Below are positions 8,185 through 17,121 of a stretch of DNA of 64,000 bases, piece by piece (positions within the stretch are counted from its first letter, which is position 1; every line of letters starts with the position of its first letter). The DNA comes from Candidatus Latescibacterota bacterium (lineage in GTDB: Bacteria > Latescibacterota > UBA2968 > UBA8231). The notes under the pieces were generated by a model. That model was not told where the DNA came from. It made no database searches and worked only from the letters and a program-made list of their open reading frames with translations. The stretch is from assembly GCA_965217585.1 (NCBI GenBank), contig OZ244561.1, positions 3,136,001 to 3,200,000 of the forward strand. The letters are read 5' to 3'. Both the position numbers and the translations under genes were made by a program.

Positions 8185-9357
8185 ATGATTCGGATTGACG
8201 ATGCAGTAATTACCGCTCAGACCTTGGAGGGCCGCCTGTCTGGCGAACGGCAGGTCGAGCTCGGCCCGGGGGCCAAGCTGACGCCCTCGGCGCAGGACTT
8301 TTTGCGCGCTCAAGGCGTTGAGGTTGTGCGTCGATCGGACGGGGAGCCAGCACCTGCCGCGCCCGCCGCGCCCCGGGTCCCGGCCGCTAACGTGGGGGGC
8401 CGCAAGGCATTTGCTGGCATCTTCTGCCCCAACGTCGTCCTTTTCGACCGCGAGAACGAGATCAACCACGCCGAGATGGAGCGCTACATCAACTGGCTGG
8501 TCGAGGTTGGGATCCACGGGCTGTATCCCAATGGCAGCACTGGCGAGTTCGCGCGCTTGTCGCGGGAGGAGCGCCAAGACGTGGTGCGGCTGGTCTGCGA
8601 GGTCAACGCGGGGCGCGTACCTGTACTGGCCGGAGCCAGCGAGGCCAACTTGCGCGACGTGCTCAAGATGGCTGAATACTACGCCTCGCTCGGCGTGGAT
8701 GCCATTGCGCTGATGCCCCCCTATTACTATGAGATTTCCACTGAAAGCCTCTTCGAGTACTTCGCTGAAATCGCCGAAGAATCGCCGCTGGACATCTTGC
8801 TATACAATATCCCGCGATTTACCCAAGAGCTGTCGATAGATCTGATGGAGCGACTCTTGCCCTACGAGCGGATCTTCGGCACCAAGGACTCCAGCCGCGA
8901 CCTGCCGCGGCTGCTCAACACCATGAATCGCTTGCGCCAACAGCGCCCCGAATACGTGGTAATGACCGGTTGCGAGGAGATCGTGTTCCCCTCGGTGCTC
9001 ATGGGCGCCAGTGGGGGCACCATCGCCACCTCGGGCATCGTCCCAGAGGTGATTGTCGAGCTTTATGAAAAGGCCAAAAGCGGCGACATTGAGCGGGCCC
9101 GCGAACTGCAATACCGCATCCTCGATCTCATCAACCTCATGCTCTTAGGCGTCAACTTCCCAGAGGGCTTCAAGACCGGCGTGGCGGCTCGTGGCTTTGA
9201 CGTAGGCCCAGCGCGGGCATCTACTACTGCCGCCGAGCAGGAGTACCTGCTCAAGCTAGAGGCCCAAATCAACTGCGTCCTCGCGGATATGGGCTATCCG
9301 GTGAGCGGCCCCCGCGCCTGCCCGACGACCAACCTGCCGCCGATCGTCGGCCGTTAG
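8185..9357 (+). CDS. DHDPS/class I aldolase family enzyme with extra N-terminal module and Pro/Ala linker
   Basis: 'PNGSTGE', 'YNIP', 'TKDSS' (Schiff-base Lys); about 70 aa N-terminal extension. Confidence 0.88.
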   Translation: MIRIDDAVITAQTLEGRLSGERQVELGPGAKLTPSAQDFLRAQGVEVVRRSDGEPAPAAPAAPRVPAANVGGRKAFAGIFCPNVVLFDRENEINHAEMERYINWLVEVGIHGLYPNGSTGEFARLSREERQDVVRLVCEVNAGRVPVLAGASEANLRDVLKMAEYYASLGVDAIALMPPYYYEISTESLFEYFAEIAEESPLDILLYNIPRFTQELSIDLMERLLPYERIFGTKDSSRDLPRLLNTMNRLRQQRPEYVVMTGCEEIVFPSVLMGASGGTIATSGIVPEVIVELYEKAKSGDIERARELQYRILDLINLMLLGVNFPEGFKTGVAARGFDVGPARASTTAAEQEYLLKLEAQINCVLADMGYPVSGPRACPTTNLPPIVGR

Positions 9358-10434
9358 ATGGCCCTTGCGGGCGCGCGTGTGTTGGTGGTCGGGGCCGGTA
9401 TCATTGGCCGCTCGACGGCCTACTTCCTCGCGCGGCAAGGCGCGAAGATCGTCCTGCTCGACGAGGGAATCCCCGCTGGCTCGCCCACGAGCCGGGCCTC
9501 TTTGGGCGTCCTCACCCACTGCAACGGCGGCGACAATCCCTACGCCCAGCTTTTCCGCGACGGTCACGCTCTGCACGCTCGGCTGGCCCGCGACTTAGAA
9601 GAAGATATAGACGCAGATGTGGGCTGGCGTCCCCTCGGCGGCATCGAGCTTTTTGCCGACGCATCCCAGATAGAGGAGGTCTGGCGCTTCAACCGCGCGC
9701 GCGGCTGTCGGGTCGAACGGCTCGACGAGCGGGCCTTGCGCGGTGCGGAGCCGGCGTTGGACGGCGGTTGCGAGGGTCTGTATTTTGCCGACGATCACCG
9801 GGTGGATCCCCTCAAGTTGGGCGCGGCGCTTTGGGCGGCGGCCGTACAGCGTGGCGCGTCCGCCGCTTGGGGTGAGCGCGTCTGGCGCATTGCCCAAGAG
9901 GGCGAGGCCGTCGAGGTCGCCACCAGTCGCGGAACCCACCGCGCTGACTTTGCGGTCTTGGCGGCTGGAGCGTGGACCGGCGGCTTGGCTGCGCAACTCG
10001 GTGCCCGCGTCGCGTTGCGCCCGGTGCGGGGCCAACAAGCGCGATTTGCCGGTGCCCCGCTGCGCCACCTAGTGAAGGTAAACGGACGCCACCTAATTCC
10101 AGACGGCGGCGAAACGGTCGTGGGATCGACGATGGAAGAGGTCGGCTTTCGGTTGGAAACGACCCGCGCGGCCGCGGCGGAGTTTGCCTCGGAGGTACGC
10201 TCCGCGCTGGGGAGGTGCTTGCCGCTGTCGCGCCAGCAGGCTGGTCTGCGGCCCAAGCCCCGAGGCGGGCGTCCGCTCATCGGCCCGCTGACGGATGCGC
10301 CGAGGGTTTTCGTGGCCTCTGGGCACTACAAAAACGGCGTCTTATTAGGCCCGATTACCGGCCAGATCGTCGCTCACTGGATCGCCGAGGGAACCCCAGG
10401 GCGCGACATGCGCCGCTTCGCACCCGAGCGTTGA
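9358..10434 (+). CDS. FAD-dependent amino-acid oxidase (glycine oxidase ThiO/DadA-like)
   Basis: GAGIIG dinucleotide motif, 'PVRGQ', 'GLRP', 'GHYKNG.LLGP.TG'. Confidence 0.85.
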   Translation: MALAGARVLVVGAGIIGRSTAYFLARQGAKIVLLDEGIPAGSPTSRASLGVLTHCNGGDNPYAQLFRDGHALHARLARDLEEDIDADVGWRPLGGIELFADASQIEEVWRFNRARGCRVERLDERALRGAEPALDGGCEGLYFADDHRVDPLKLGAALWAAAVQRGASAAWGERVWRIAQEGEAVEVATSRGTHRADFAVLAAGAWTGGLAAQLGARVALRPVRGQQARFAGAPLRHLVKVNGRHLIPDGGETVVGSTMEEVGFRLETTRAAAAEFASEVRSALGRCLPLSRQQAGLRPKPRGGRPLIGPLTDAPRVFVASGHYKNGVLLGPITGQIVAHWIAEGTPGRDMRRFAPER

Positions 10435-10467
10435 ATTCATTGCCACCTAACACAGTTGAGGTTAAAC

Positions 10468-11409
10468 ATGCCATTGCAAAAAGAAGACCTACTCGCCGCG
10501 CTAAACTCGGTTACCTCCATCCCGGTGGTCCCTTTTCGCGGCGGGCAAATCGACTACGAGGCCCACGCCAAGAACATCAACTACTTAATGGAGAACAATC
10601 ACTTAGACGGTGATCGGCCCCGGGTGATTGGTATCGCTGGCACTAGCTTGATCCACCACATTAGCGCGGACGAGCGAGTGCGGCTGTTGGGCTTTACCGG
10701 CGAGCAGATGGGGGGGCGCGGGGTGCTGATGTCCGGGATTGCTCCCAATCCAGTTGGGGATGCCGAGCGGTTGATCGAGCGGGAGGCCGCGCTGGAATAT
10801 CCCCCGGATGTCTATCTCGTCATGCCGCTTACTGGCGTGGCCAATCCAGAGGGCATTTTCGCGTACTACGTGGATTTTGCCGAGCGGTTGGGGCGTTCGT
10901 GCGGGGCCAAGTTGCTCTACTACCTGCGCAACCAAGCCGAGCGCGAGATAGCCGTGCGACTGATGAACGAATCCGAGCACTTCGTGGGGCTGAAGATCGG
11001 CACTACGGTCGAGGACGTTGAGCCGATTGTCGCCGACGTACAGGAGGGAGCTGCGCTGGTGATATGGGGTGTGGGGGACCGTTCGACTGGGCCGGCCGAG
11101 CGCGGCACCAAAGGGCATACGTCGGGGATCAACGTGGCCTTCGCCCGCGCTTCAGACGAGATCAACAACGCCCAGCGCCGAGGCGATTTTGCGACCTCGC
11201 AGCAGATCGAAAACCAGCTCGCGGCCCTAGAGGAAATTCGCTTCCGCAACGGCCGCATGTACAACTACTCGGCTGTGGTCGAGGCCATGCACTTGGGGGG
11301 ATTCAGCGATGTGGATGGCGGCGAGGGCGGTCCGTTCAATCCGCGGGTGTCGGCGGAAGTGGCCGAGGAAGTAGCCGCGGCCATAGCCGACATTGTGGAC
11401 TATCACTAG
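10468..11409 (+). CDS. Divergent DHDPS-family protein (keto-deoxy acid dehydratase/aldolase-like)
   Basis: 'IPVVPF..GQID', 'YYLRN', 'GLKIG', 'WGVGD', 'GHTSG'. Confidence 0.7.
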   Translation: MPLQKEDLLAALNSVTSIPVVPFRGGQIDYEAHAKNINYLMENNHLDGDRPRVIGIAGTSLIHHISADERVRLLGFTGEQMGGRGVLMSGIAPNPVGDAERLIEREAALEYPPDVYLVMPLTGVANPEGIFAYYVDFAERLGRSCGAKLLYYLRNQAEREIAVRLMNESEHFVGLKIGTTVEDVEPIVADVQEGAALVIWGVGDRSTGPAERGTKGHTSGINVAFARASDEINNAQRRGDFATSQQIENQLAALEEIRFRNGRMYNYSAVVEAMHLGGFSDVDGGEGGPFNPRVSAEVAEEVAAAIADIVDYH

Positions 11410-11708
11410 CCTTCGTCGCGCAGCCGCTCTAGATAGGCCGTCCATTCGACGGGGAGCAGGTGCTGCTTTTGGCTGTTGCAGTGCTTGCAGCAAGGCACCA
11501 CGTTGGACTTGGTGGTGCGGCCGCCGCGGATGAGCGGCACGACGTGGTCCATGGTTAGCTCATCGGGCGCAAACGACTGCTGGCAGTAGTGGCATTGGCC
11601 GGCGGCCCGTTTGCGCTTCCACCACTGGGAGCGGCGCAGCATCTTGGCCTTGTTCTTTTCTCGGGCAACGTGTTCGGTGTCGGCTGGGACGAAGTATGTG
11701 TTTTCCAT
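11406..11708 (-). CDS. Small HNH endonuclease family protein
   Basis: 'CHYC...TMDHVVP..RGG....NVVPCCKHCN..K'. Confidence 0.88.
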   Translation of the reverse strand: MENTYFVPADTEHVAREKNKAKMLRRSQWWKRKRAAGQCHYCQQSFAPDELTMDHVVPLIRGGRTTKSNVVPCCKHCNSQKQHLLPVEWTAYLERLRDEG

Positions 11709-11878
11709 GCGAAAGCAAGATAGCGCAGAATGGGCGCAGGACAAATGAACCTTAGCGAAGCCGATACCGGGGCTAAGCTCATAGAAGGATATTCGCCGCA
11801 TGACGAAATACCAGCTTTATATTGCCGAAGTGGGAGAACCTGACCAGAAAGGTGAGGATACCTGAGAGAAGTTGATAT

Positions 11879-12820
11879 ATGACAGACAATGCAAACAAGA
11901 AAATACTAGACCGGGATAAAGCAGCAAACCTCGGAGAAATGATCACAGAGCCACTTGATAGCCTACAAGTCTTAGTAAATTACGGCACTAATCTTGTCCT
12001 CCGATGCTACTATTATGGTTCCAATAAGTCCCTCAAAGACGTCGTAGCATTATTTTCGCTGTTCAAAAATGCCCTCTCGATGGCTGACGCTATCGAAGTC
12101 ATGATGAGACAAGGAGTAATTCGTCCCAGCCAACTGCAACTTCGGTCATTGTTCGAAGTGTCTGTCACGCTTCAGTGGGTCCTGCAGGAATCGGGCGATG
12201 AGCGTGCTAGGGCATATCACGTTGCCAATCTCCGAAGACAACGTCTCTCGGCTCGCCGCGACCTTCCTGGCACAGAAGAGAATGAGGCTTTCCAATACTT
12301 TTGGGATACAGTAGGAGATAGAACCCCCTCGCCGGAGAGGGTGAAGGAAGTACGTGCCCAAATCGCCAATTTGGACAAAGAGCTGTCTGGACCTTCCTTA
12401 TGCGATCTCAATGAAAAATTTGAAACTTTTTATCAAAAGAACGAACGTGAGGAGGATTGGTACAAAATACTCGGTGTACGATCATTCTGGAAGATCGCCA
12501 AGGATATCGGTCGTACTGCGGAGTATGCCAAGATTTACACTTCTGGTTCCGAAGTCATGCACGGCTCTACGTACAGCGGTCAATTAGCTTTTGATGACTC
12601 AGAAATAATCATAGATCTGCTGAGATCGCCTAGAGAAATAGGCTACTCGCTGAGGCTAGCTATGGCGCTGACACTCAAGATGACACGGTCAACGCTTGAT
12701 TACTACAGGCCTGCTGAGGTGGAGAATTTGAAACGGAAGTACCGTGAAGATTGGGCTTCTCCTTTGAGGAGGATACCCGACATCAGGGCAGAAGAATTCA
12801 CGGTCATTTTAGATAGATAG
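11879..12820 (+). CDS. Hypothetical protein (DUF5677/HEPN-like)
   Basis: AT-richer ORF; 'LRSLFE' helix and 'Y...SEVMH' motif. Confidence 0.55.
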   Translation: MTDNANKKILDRDKAANLGEMITEPLDSLQVLVNYGTNLVLRCYYYGSNKSLKDVVALFSLFKNALSMADAIEVMMRQGVIRPSQLQLRSLFEVSVTLQWVLQESGDERARAYHVANLRRQRLSARRDLPGTEENEAFQYFWDTVGDRTPSPERVKEVRAQIANLDKELSGPSLCDLNEKFETFYQKNEREEDWYKILGVRSFWKIAKDIGRTAEYAKIYTSGSEVMHGSTYSGQLAFDDSEIIIDLLRSPREIGYSLRLAMALTLKMTRSTLDYYRPAEVENLKRKYREDWASPLRRIPDIRAEEFTVILDR

Positions 12821-12850
12821 GCTCTCGTCTAGCTATATAGCACCTGTCGG

Positions 12851-13156
12851 TCAGACGGGTTCATAACGCTGGACGCTGATCTCATTTGCGCGGGCGCGCA
12901 TCTGCGAGGCGTCATACCAAGCCTGCATCCTCAACAGCATGTCCATGCCTACGCCAAATGCCTTCTCTATACGTAGTGCCATCTCCGGTGATAGCGCGGC
13001 GTTGCCATTCAGCAAGTCCGAAAGCGTTGCCCGCCGAACTCCCAGAATCTCGGCTGCTCTCGTCACGTTCAGGCCCAACTCCTCGATGACTTCCGTGCGA
13101 ATAAAGTCGCCTGGATGCGAAGGGGTCATGTTCACTTTGATGCCGTCGGTAGCCAT
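12851..13156 (-). CDS. higA: HigA-family addiction module antitoxin
   Basis: 'HPGDFI', HTH, 'SPEMALRIEKAFG', 'RMQAWYD'; start overlaps the toxin stop (TAATG). Confidence 0.9.
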   Translation of the reverse strand: MATDGIKVNMTPSHPGDFIRTEVIEELGLNVTRAAEILGVRRATLSDLLNGNAALSPEMALRIEKAFGVGMDMLLRMQAWYDASQMRARANEISVQRYEPV

Positions 13157-13446
13157 TAGTGGTAGTCCTCCAAGTTCAAGCGGTCTATGTAGCCGTCCTC
13201 TTCTGCAAAGGTGATCCGCCAATTGCCGGATACCGAAATGCTCCATTCGTCCTGCCGGTCACCTGAGAGTCTATGGACGCGCCAGCCACGAGGCGCATCG
13301 GCGATGAATCTGTCCAACTCCTCTGCCAAGATCAGGGCTGTCAAGATCTTGCGCACTCGGTCAACCAAATTGTGTTGCAGGAACCGGGGGTTGTCGTCTT
13401 CGATCAACCGGCGCAATCCTCGGTGGTGGACAGAGCGAATAATCAT
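13156..13446 (-). CDS. higB: HigB-like (RelE/ParE superfamily) toxin
   Basis: 'IRSVHHRGLRRL', 'H.LSGDR...WSISVSGNWRITF', 'EDYH'. Confidence 0.9.
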   Translation of the reverse strand: MIIRSVHHRGLRRLIEDDNPRFLQHNLVDRVRKILTALILAEELDRFIADAPRGWRVHRLSGDRQDEWSISVSGNWRITFAEEDGYIDRLNLEDYH

Positions 13447-13537
13447 GCTCTAAGTGTACGGTAATACCGTTCACCCTACAAGTCTTCCCACGGATTGTCA
13501 GGAGGTCACCGGGCGTTGGCCGGCTTGCGGGATGGAG

Positions 13538-14490
13538 TCAGCAGCGCTTGCTGATGAATTCGCGGCTCATCCACTGCCCGAGCACTTTCTGCGAGCGGAG
13601 CAGCATCTTCTGGTAAGCGCGCTCTAGGTTCTTTTTGTTTTTTGCGTTGGGCAGGACGTTATAGCGGCCGCGGATTTGGGTGATGGCGCGGCTGCGTGGA
13701 TCGACGGCGAGGGTGAGGATGCGGTGGCGGTGACCTTTGCCGTCTTCTACGCCGAGGGACCAGATCGAGGTACTGCCGTTGCGGCAGCTCTTGGCGTAGG
13801 TATAGACGCAGTGGCCCATTTCGCCGCCCTCGGCCCCAGTTCGTGGTTGGAGAGCAACTCCTTGATGCTCCAGGTGAGGGTCTCGCCGAGTTGCTTGTCC
13901 TCCTGCTTCTGCTCGAATTCGCCGATACTCGAAGCTCCCCAAGACATGGGCCGGACGCGGCTCTTTTTGCCACCAGCTCTGTCTGGCTCGGCGTCTGCAT
14001 CGGGCGGCAGCACCTGCCGAGCCAGCGCTTCGTGCCACTCGTCAACTTGGCGCAACAGCTTGGGGATGCTGCGGCTCTTCATTGAAAAGTTCGGCTGCGC
14101 AGGTGGCCTTTGCTCGACGCCACCGCCGGGCAGGACGATTTGCTGCGGCACGTATTTCTGATCGTGGATAAAATCGACGATGGGGCCGACGTGGGCCGGA
14201 TCGAGCATGGGATTGTTAGCAAAAAACAGGATCGCGGTGGACCAAAAATCCTCGTTTTCAAACGACTGGCCCAGCCGGGTGCCAAGCACCGCCCGCGCCA
14301 ACGCCGGACTACCTCCTTGCCCCAAGACTTGACCCCAGCGCAAGGCGTGGGCTATGGAGAGGTCGTCGGGGGCCGCGAGGAAGCAGTGGGCCGACTTCTT
14401 GTTCAAGGCAACGGGGAGGTCGGCGGTGCGGATATTCTGCCCCGAGCCGATGTATTTGAACCACGCTTGGTGCAAACCGGCTTCTGGCAT
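13538..14490 (-). pseudogene. PcfJ-like domain protein, 5'-truncated and frameshifted
   Basis: Frame 13747-14490 ends '...IKELLSNHEL' and continues in frame 13538-14038 as 'EG.EMGHCV.TY...SIWSL...LT.AV...ITQIRGRYN'; shift near 13835. Confidence 0.65.
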
Positions 14491-14768
14491 CTGCGAGGTA
14501 AAAAAGGTTGGCGCGGTTGTGGGCTCGCTCTATCTCGCTGCGGACATTTCTTTTGCGGTGCGCCATAGCCAAGTCCCGGTTTTGGGGCATCCTCTAATGA
14601 GTCGCGCAGCTAGTATAATGTCAACAGTACTGCCAACTCCAGCCGCGACCAGCGTCGCAGCAGATCGAAGACCCATAGAAGGGACAAGGCCTCCATCGCC
14701 GACGAGCCGCTTGCCTGCGCCGGTATCGGCGGTTTAATTTGCTCTTACCAACCCAACACGACGTGCCC

Positions 14769-15422
14769 ATGCTAGATTGCAATCCGATCCCACTCTTTCC
14801 CTTGCCGGTGGTCGTCTTCCCCGGCCAAATCGTGCCCCTGCACATATTTGAGCCGCGCTACAAGCAGATGCTCGCCGATGTGCGGGCCGCTGACGAGCGC
14901 GGCGAGACTCTGCCCATTGGCATGATTCTGGGGGAAGACCGCGAGGTGCAGGGCGGGGTGGGCTGCGCGATGCTGTTGGCCAAAGTGCTCGACGAGTTCG
15001 ACGATGGCCGACTCAACATCATCGTCCGCGGCGCGCGACGCTTTCGCATTGCTCGCATCGCCGAGGGCAAGCCCTACTTAGAGGCGTGGGTAGAGTACGT
15101 AGATGACGCCGAGGAGCCGATAGATCCAGTGCTCTTGGCCAAGGCCGTTGCGGCCCTAGAGAAATTGGTGGGGCAACTCGAAGAAGTGACCGGCGCGCGG
15201 GCCGAAGTAGGGCCGCTGCAAAGCGCCTTTCAAATCGCCCAAGTGACGGGCCTCGACTTGGAGATTAGGCAACAACTGCTGGAAATGACGACCGAAAATG
15301 GCCGCCTGCACGCGCTCTGCGAGTACTTTGATCAAATGATCCCCCTGCTAGAGGCGGAAAGCAAGCTCCATCGCCTCTCGTCCTCCAATGGGCACACCGA
15401 GGGCCATGAAGAAGGCTCTTAG
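14769..15422 (+). CDS. LON peptidase substrate-binding (N-terminal) domain protein
   Basis: 'IPLFPL.VV.FPG...PLHIFEPRY', 'DGR.NI...G.RRFRI'. Confidence 0.88.
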   Translation: MLDCNPIPLFPLPVVVFPGQIVPLHIFEPRYKQMLADVRAADERGETLPIGMILGEDREVQGGVGCAMLLAKVLDEFDDGRLNIIVRGARRFRIARIAEGKPYLEAWVEYVDDAEEPIDPVLLAKAVAALEKLVGQLEEVTGARAEVGPLQSAFQIAQVTGLDLEIRQQLLEMTTENGRLHALCEYFDQMIPLLEAESKLHRLSSSNGHTEGHEEGS

Positions 15423-16099
15423 TCGGCTTCGACGAAGATACTACCGGCCACTTCCAACCCCAGCGACACCTCCTTGGCAGCATCGATCTTCAATTGCAGC
15501 GGGCCGTTAAAGGGTGCCCTAGCGGTGACTTCGACCCGGGTGCCCAAGAGCAAGTGCAAATTTTCCATATAGCGCAGCATCTGGGGGTTGCGGTCGCTGA
15601 CTCGGCGGATGACCGCGGATTGGCCGTCTTGTAGCTCGGAGAGACGGCGGTACTTCGGGTGCTCGATCTGGCCTTGCTTGGTGGGGATCGGCTCGCCGTG
15701 AGCGCCGACGGTCGGATAGCCCAAAGCCTCGTCGATGCGATCCTCAAACTCCTCGGAAATAGCGTGCTCTAGGCGATCGGCCTCAGCGTCTATTTGGTCC
15801 CAAGAATAGCCCAACGCTTGGCTGAGATACAGCTCAATCAAGCGGTGATGGCGGATGGTCTCCAAGGCGATCTTCTCGCCGCTGGCCGTTAGCTCGACCC
15901 CTCGGTACGGCGTGTACATGAGCAAATTCATCTCGGCGAGTTTCTTGATCATATTGGTCGCCGAGGCCGCGGCCACTTCCATGCGGCTGGCAATCACCGA
16001 GGTGGTGACGCGCCCGCCGGGCTCGTCGCTGTGCTGCAGTTTGTAGATCGTCTTGAGATAGTCCTCAATAGCCTGAGTAAGCAATCCCCTTACCTCCAA
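15419..16099 (-). CDS. mntR: DtxR/MntR-family metal-dependent repressor with FeoA domain
   Basis: 'EDYLKTIY', 'Y.PYRGV.LT..G', 'RHHRLIE.YL', 'EADRLEH', 'HGEPIP'. Confidence 0.9.
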   Translation of the reverse strand: MEVRGLLTQAIEDYLKTIYKLQHSDEPGGRVTTSVIASRMEVAAASATNMIKKLAEMNLLMYTPYRGVELTASGEKIALETIRHHRLIELYLSQALGYSWDQIDAEADRLEHAISEEFEDRIDEALGYPTVGAHGEPIPTKQGQIEHPKYRRLSELQDGQSAVIRRVSDRNPQMLRYMENLHLLLGTRVEVTARAPFNGPLQLKIDAAKEVSLGLEVAGSIFVEAD

Positions 16100-16156
16100 G
16101 ATTACGTGCCTTACCTCGTTTTTAAGATAGGGCCAAAAGCAGATTTAGCAATGACC

Positions 16157-16184
16157 TTGACAAATTTTTAGCCATGACTAAATT
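16157..16184 (+). promoter_or_regulatory. Promoter overlapped by a palindromic DtxR/MntR-type operator
   Basis: TTGACA 16157-16162, TAAATT 16179-16184; palindrome TTTAGCCATGACTAAA at 16167-16182 (14/16 symmetric). Confidence 0.65.
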
Positions 16185-16224
16185 TTATTTTTGTATGCAA
16201 CTAAAATTAGATAAGCAAGGGACT

Positions 16225-17121
16225 ATGCTCTGGATTTTTATTTTGTTGTGCGCTTTGGGTTGCGATGCTCCCGAGCGCGGAGACGGGCGGATTGAGGTGG
16301 TGTGTACTACCGGAATGGTGGCGGACCTCGCTCGCAATATCGGTGGCGACCGCATCGCGGTTGTCGGGATGATGGGTCCGGGCGTCGATCCTCATTACTA
16401 CAAGGCATCGCAAGGCGATTTGGCCAAGCTGACGGGTGCAGATTTGATTCTCTTCAACGGCCTTTTTCTCGAAGGCAAGATGGAAAACATCTTCGCCAAA
16501 ATGGCCCGCAGCAAACAGGTGTTGGCCGTTGCCGAGAAAATACCAGAGGAGCGCTTGCTGCGTCCTCCGGAATTCGAGGGCAACTTCGATCCCCATATAT
16601 GGTTCGACGTATCGCTGTGGGCGCAGACGATCGAGCCGGTCGTGGCTCGCCTGAGCGCACTGGACCCGGACGGGGCGTCGGTCTATCGCCAGAACGGCAC
16701 CCGCTACCGAGCGCGCCTCGACTCGCTGCACCAATGGGTCGTCGAGCAGGTCGAGCTGCTGCCGGAGGCTAGCCGCGTGCTGATTACGGCCCACGACGCC
16801 TTTGGCTATTTTGGCCGGGCCTACGGAGTGGAGGTCATCGGCCTGCAAGGCATTTCCACGGTGGCCGATTACGGGGTCAACGACGTCACCCGGCTAGTCG
16901 ATCTAATCGTGGAGCGCGAGGTCAAGGCCATATTCGTCGAGAGCAGCGTACCCGTGCGCTCGATTGAGGCCGTGCGCGAAGGGTGCTTGGGCCGCGGCTT
17001 CCAAGTGAAAATAGGTGGCACCCTATACTCGGATGCGATGGGGGCCGCCGGCAGCGGTGCCGACACCTATGTGGGCATGGTCGAAAGCAACGTCAACACC
17101 ATGGTGGGAGCCTTGCAATGA
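16225..17121 (+). CDS. troA: Mn/Zn/Fe ABC transporter substrate-binding lipoprotein (TroA-like)
   Basis: Lipobox-like 'ALGC'; 'GPGVDPH', 'DPHIWFD', 'TAHDAFGYF', 'LYSDA'. Confidence 0.9.
   Translation: MLWIFILLCALGCDAPERGDGRIEVVCTTGMVADLARNIGGDRIAVVGMMGPGVDPHYYKASQGDLAKLTGADLILFNGLFLEGKMENIFAKMARSKQVLAVAEKIPEERLLRPPEFEGNFDPHIWFDVSLWAQTIEPVVARLSALDPDGASVYRQNGTRYRARLDSLHQWVVEQVELLPEASRVLITAHDAFGYFGRAYGVEVIGLQGISTVADYGVNDVTRLVDLIVEREVKAIFVESSVPVRSIEAVREGCLGRGFQVKIGGTLYSDAMGAAGSGADTYVGMVESNVNTMVGALQ

Noticed and set aside
9358-10434. Assignment as thiO (thiamine biosynthesis)
   Set aside because: No thiS/thiG or TPP riboswitch nearby; left as a family-level call
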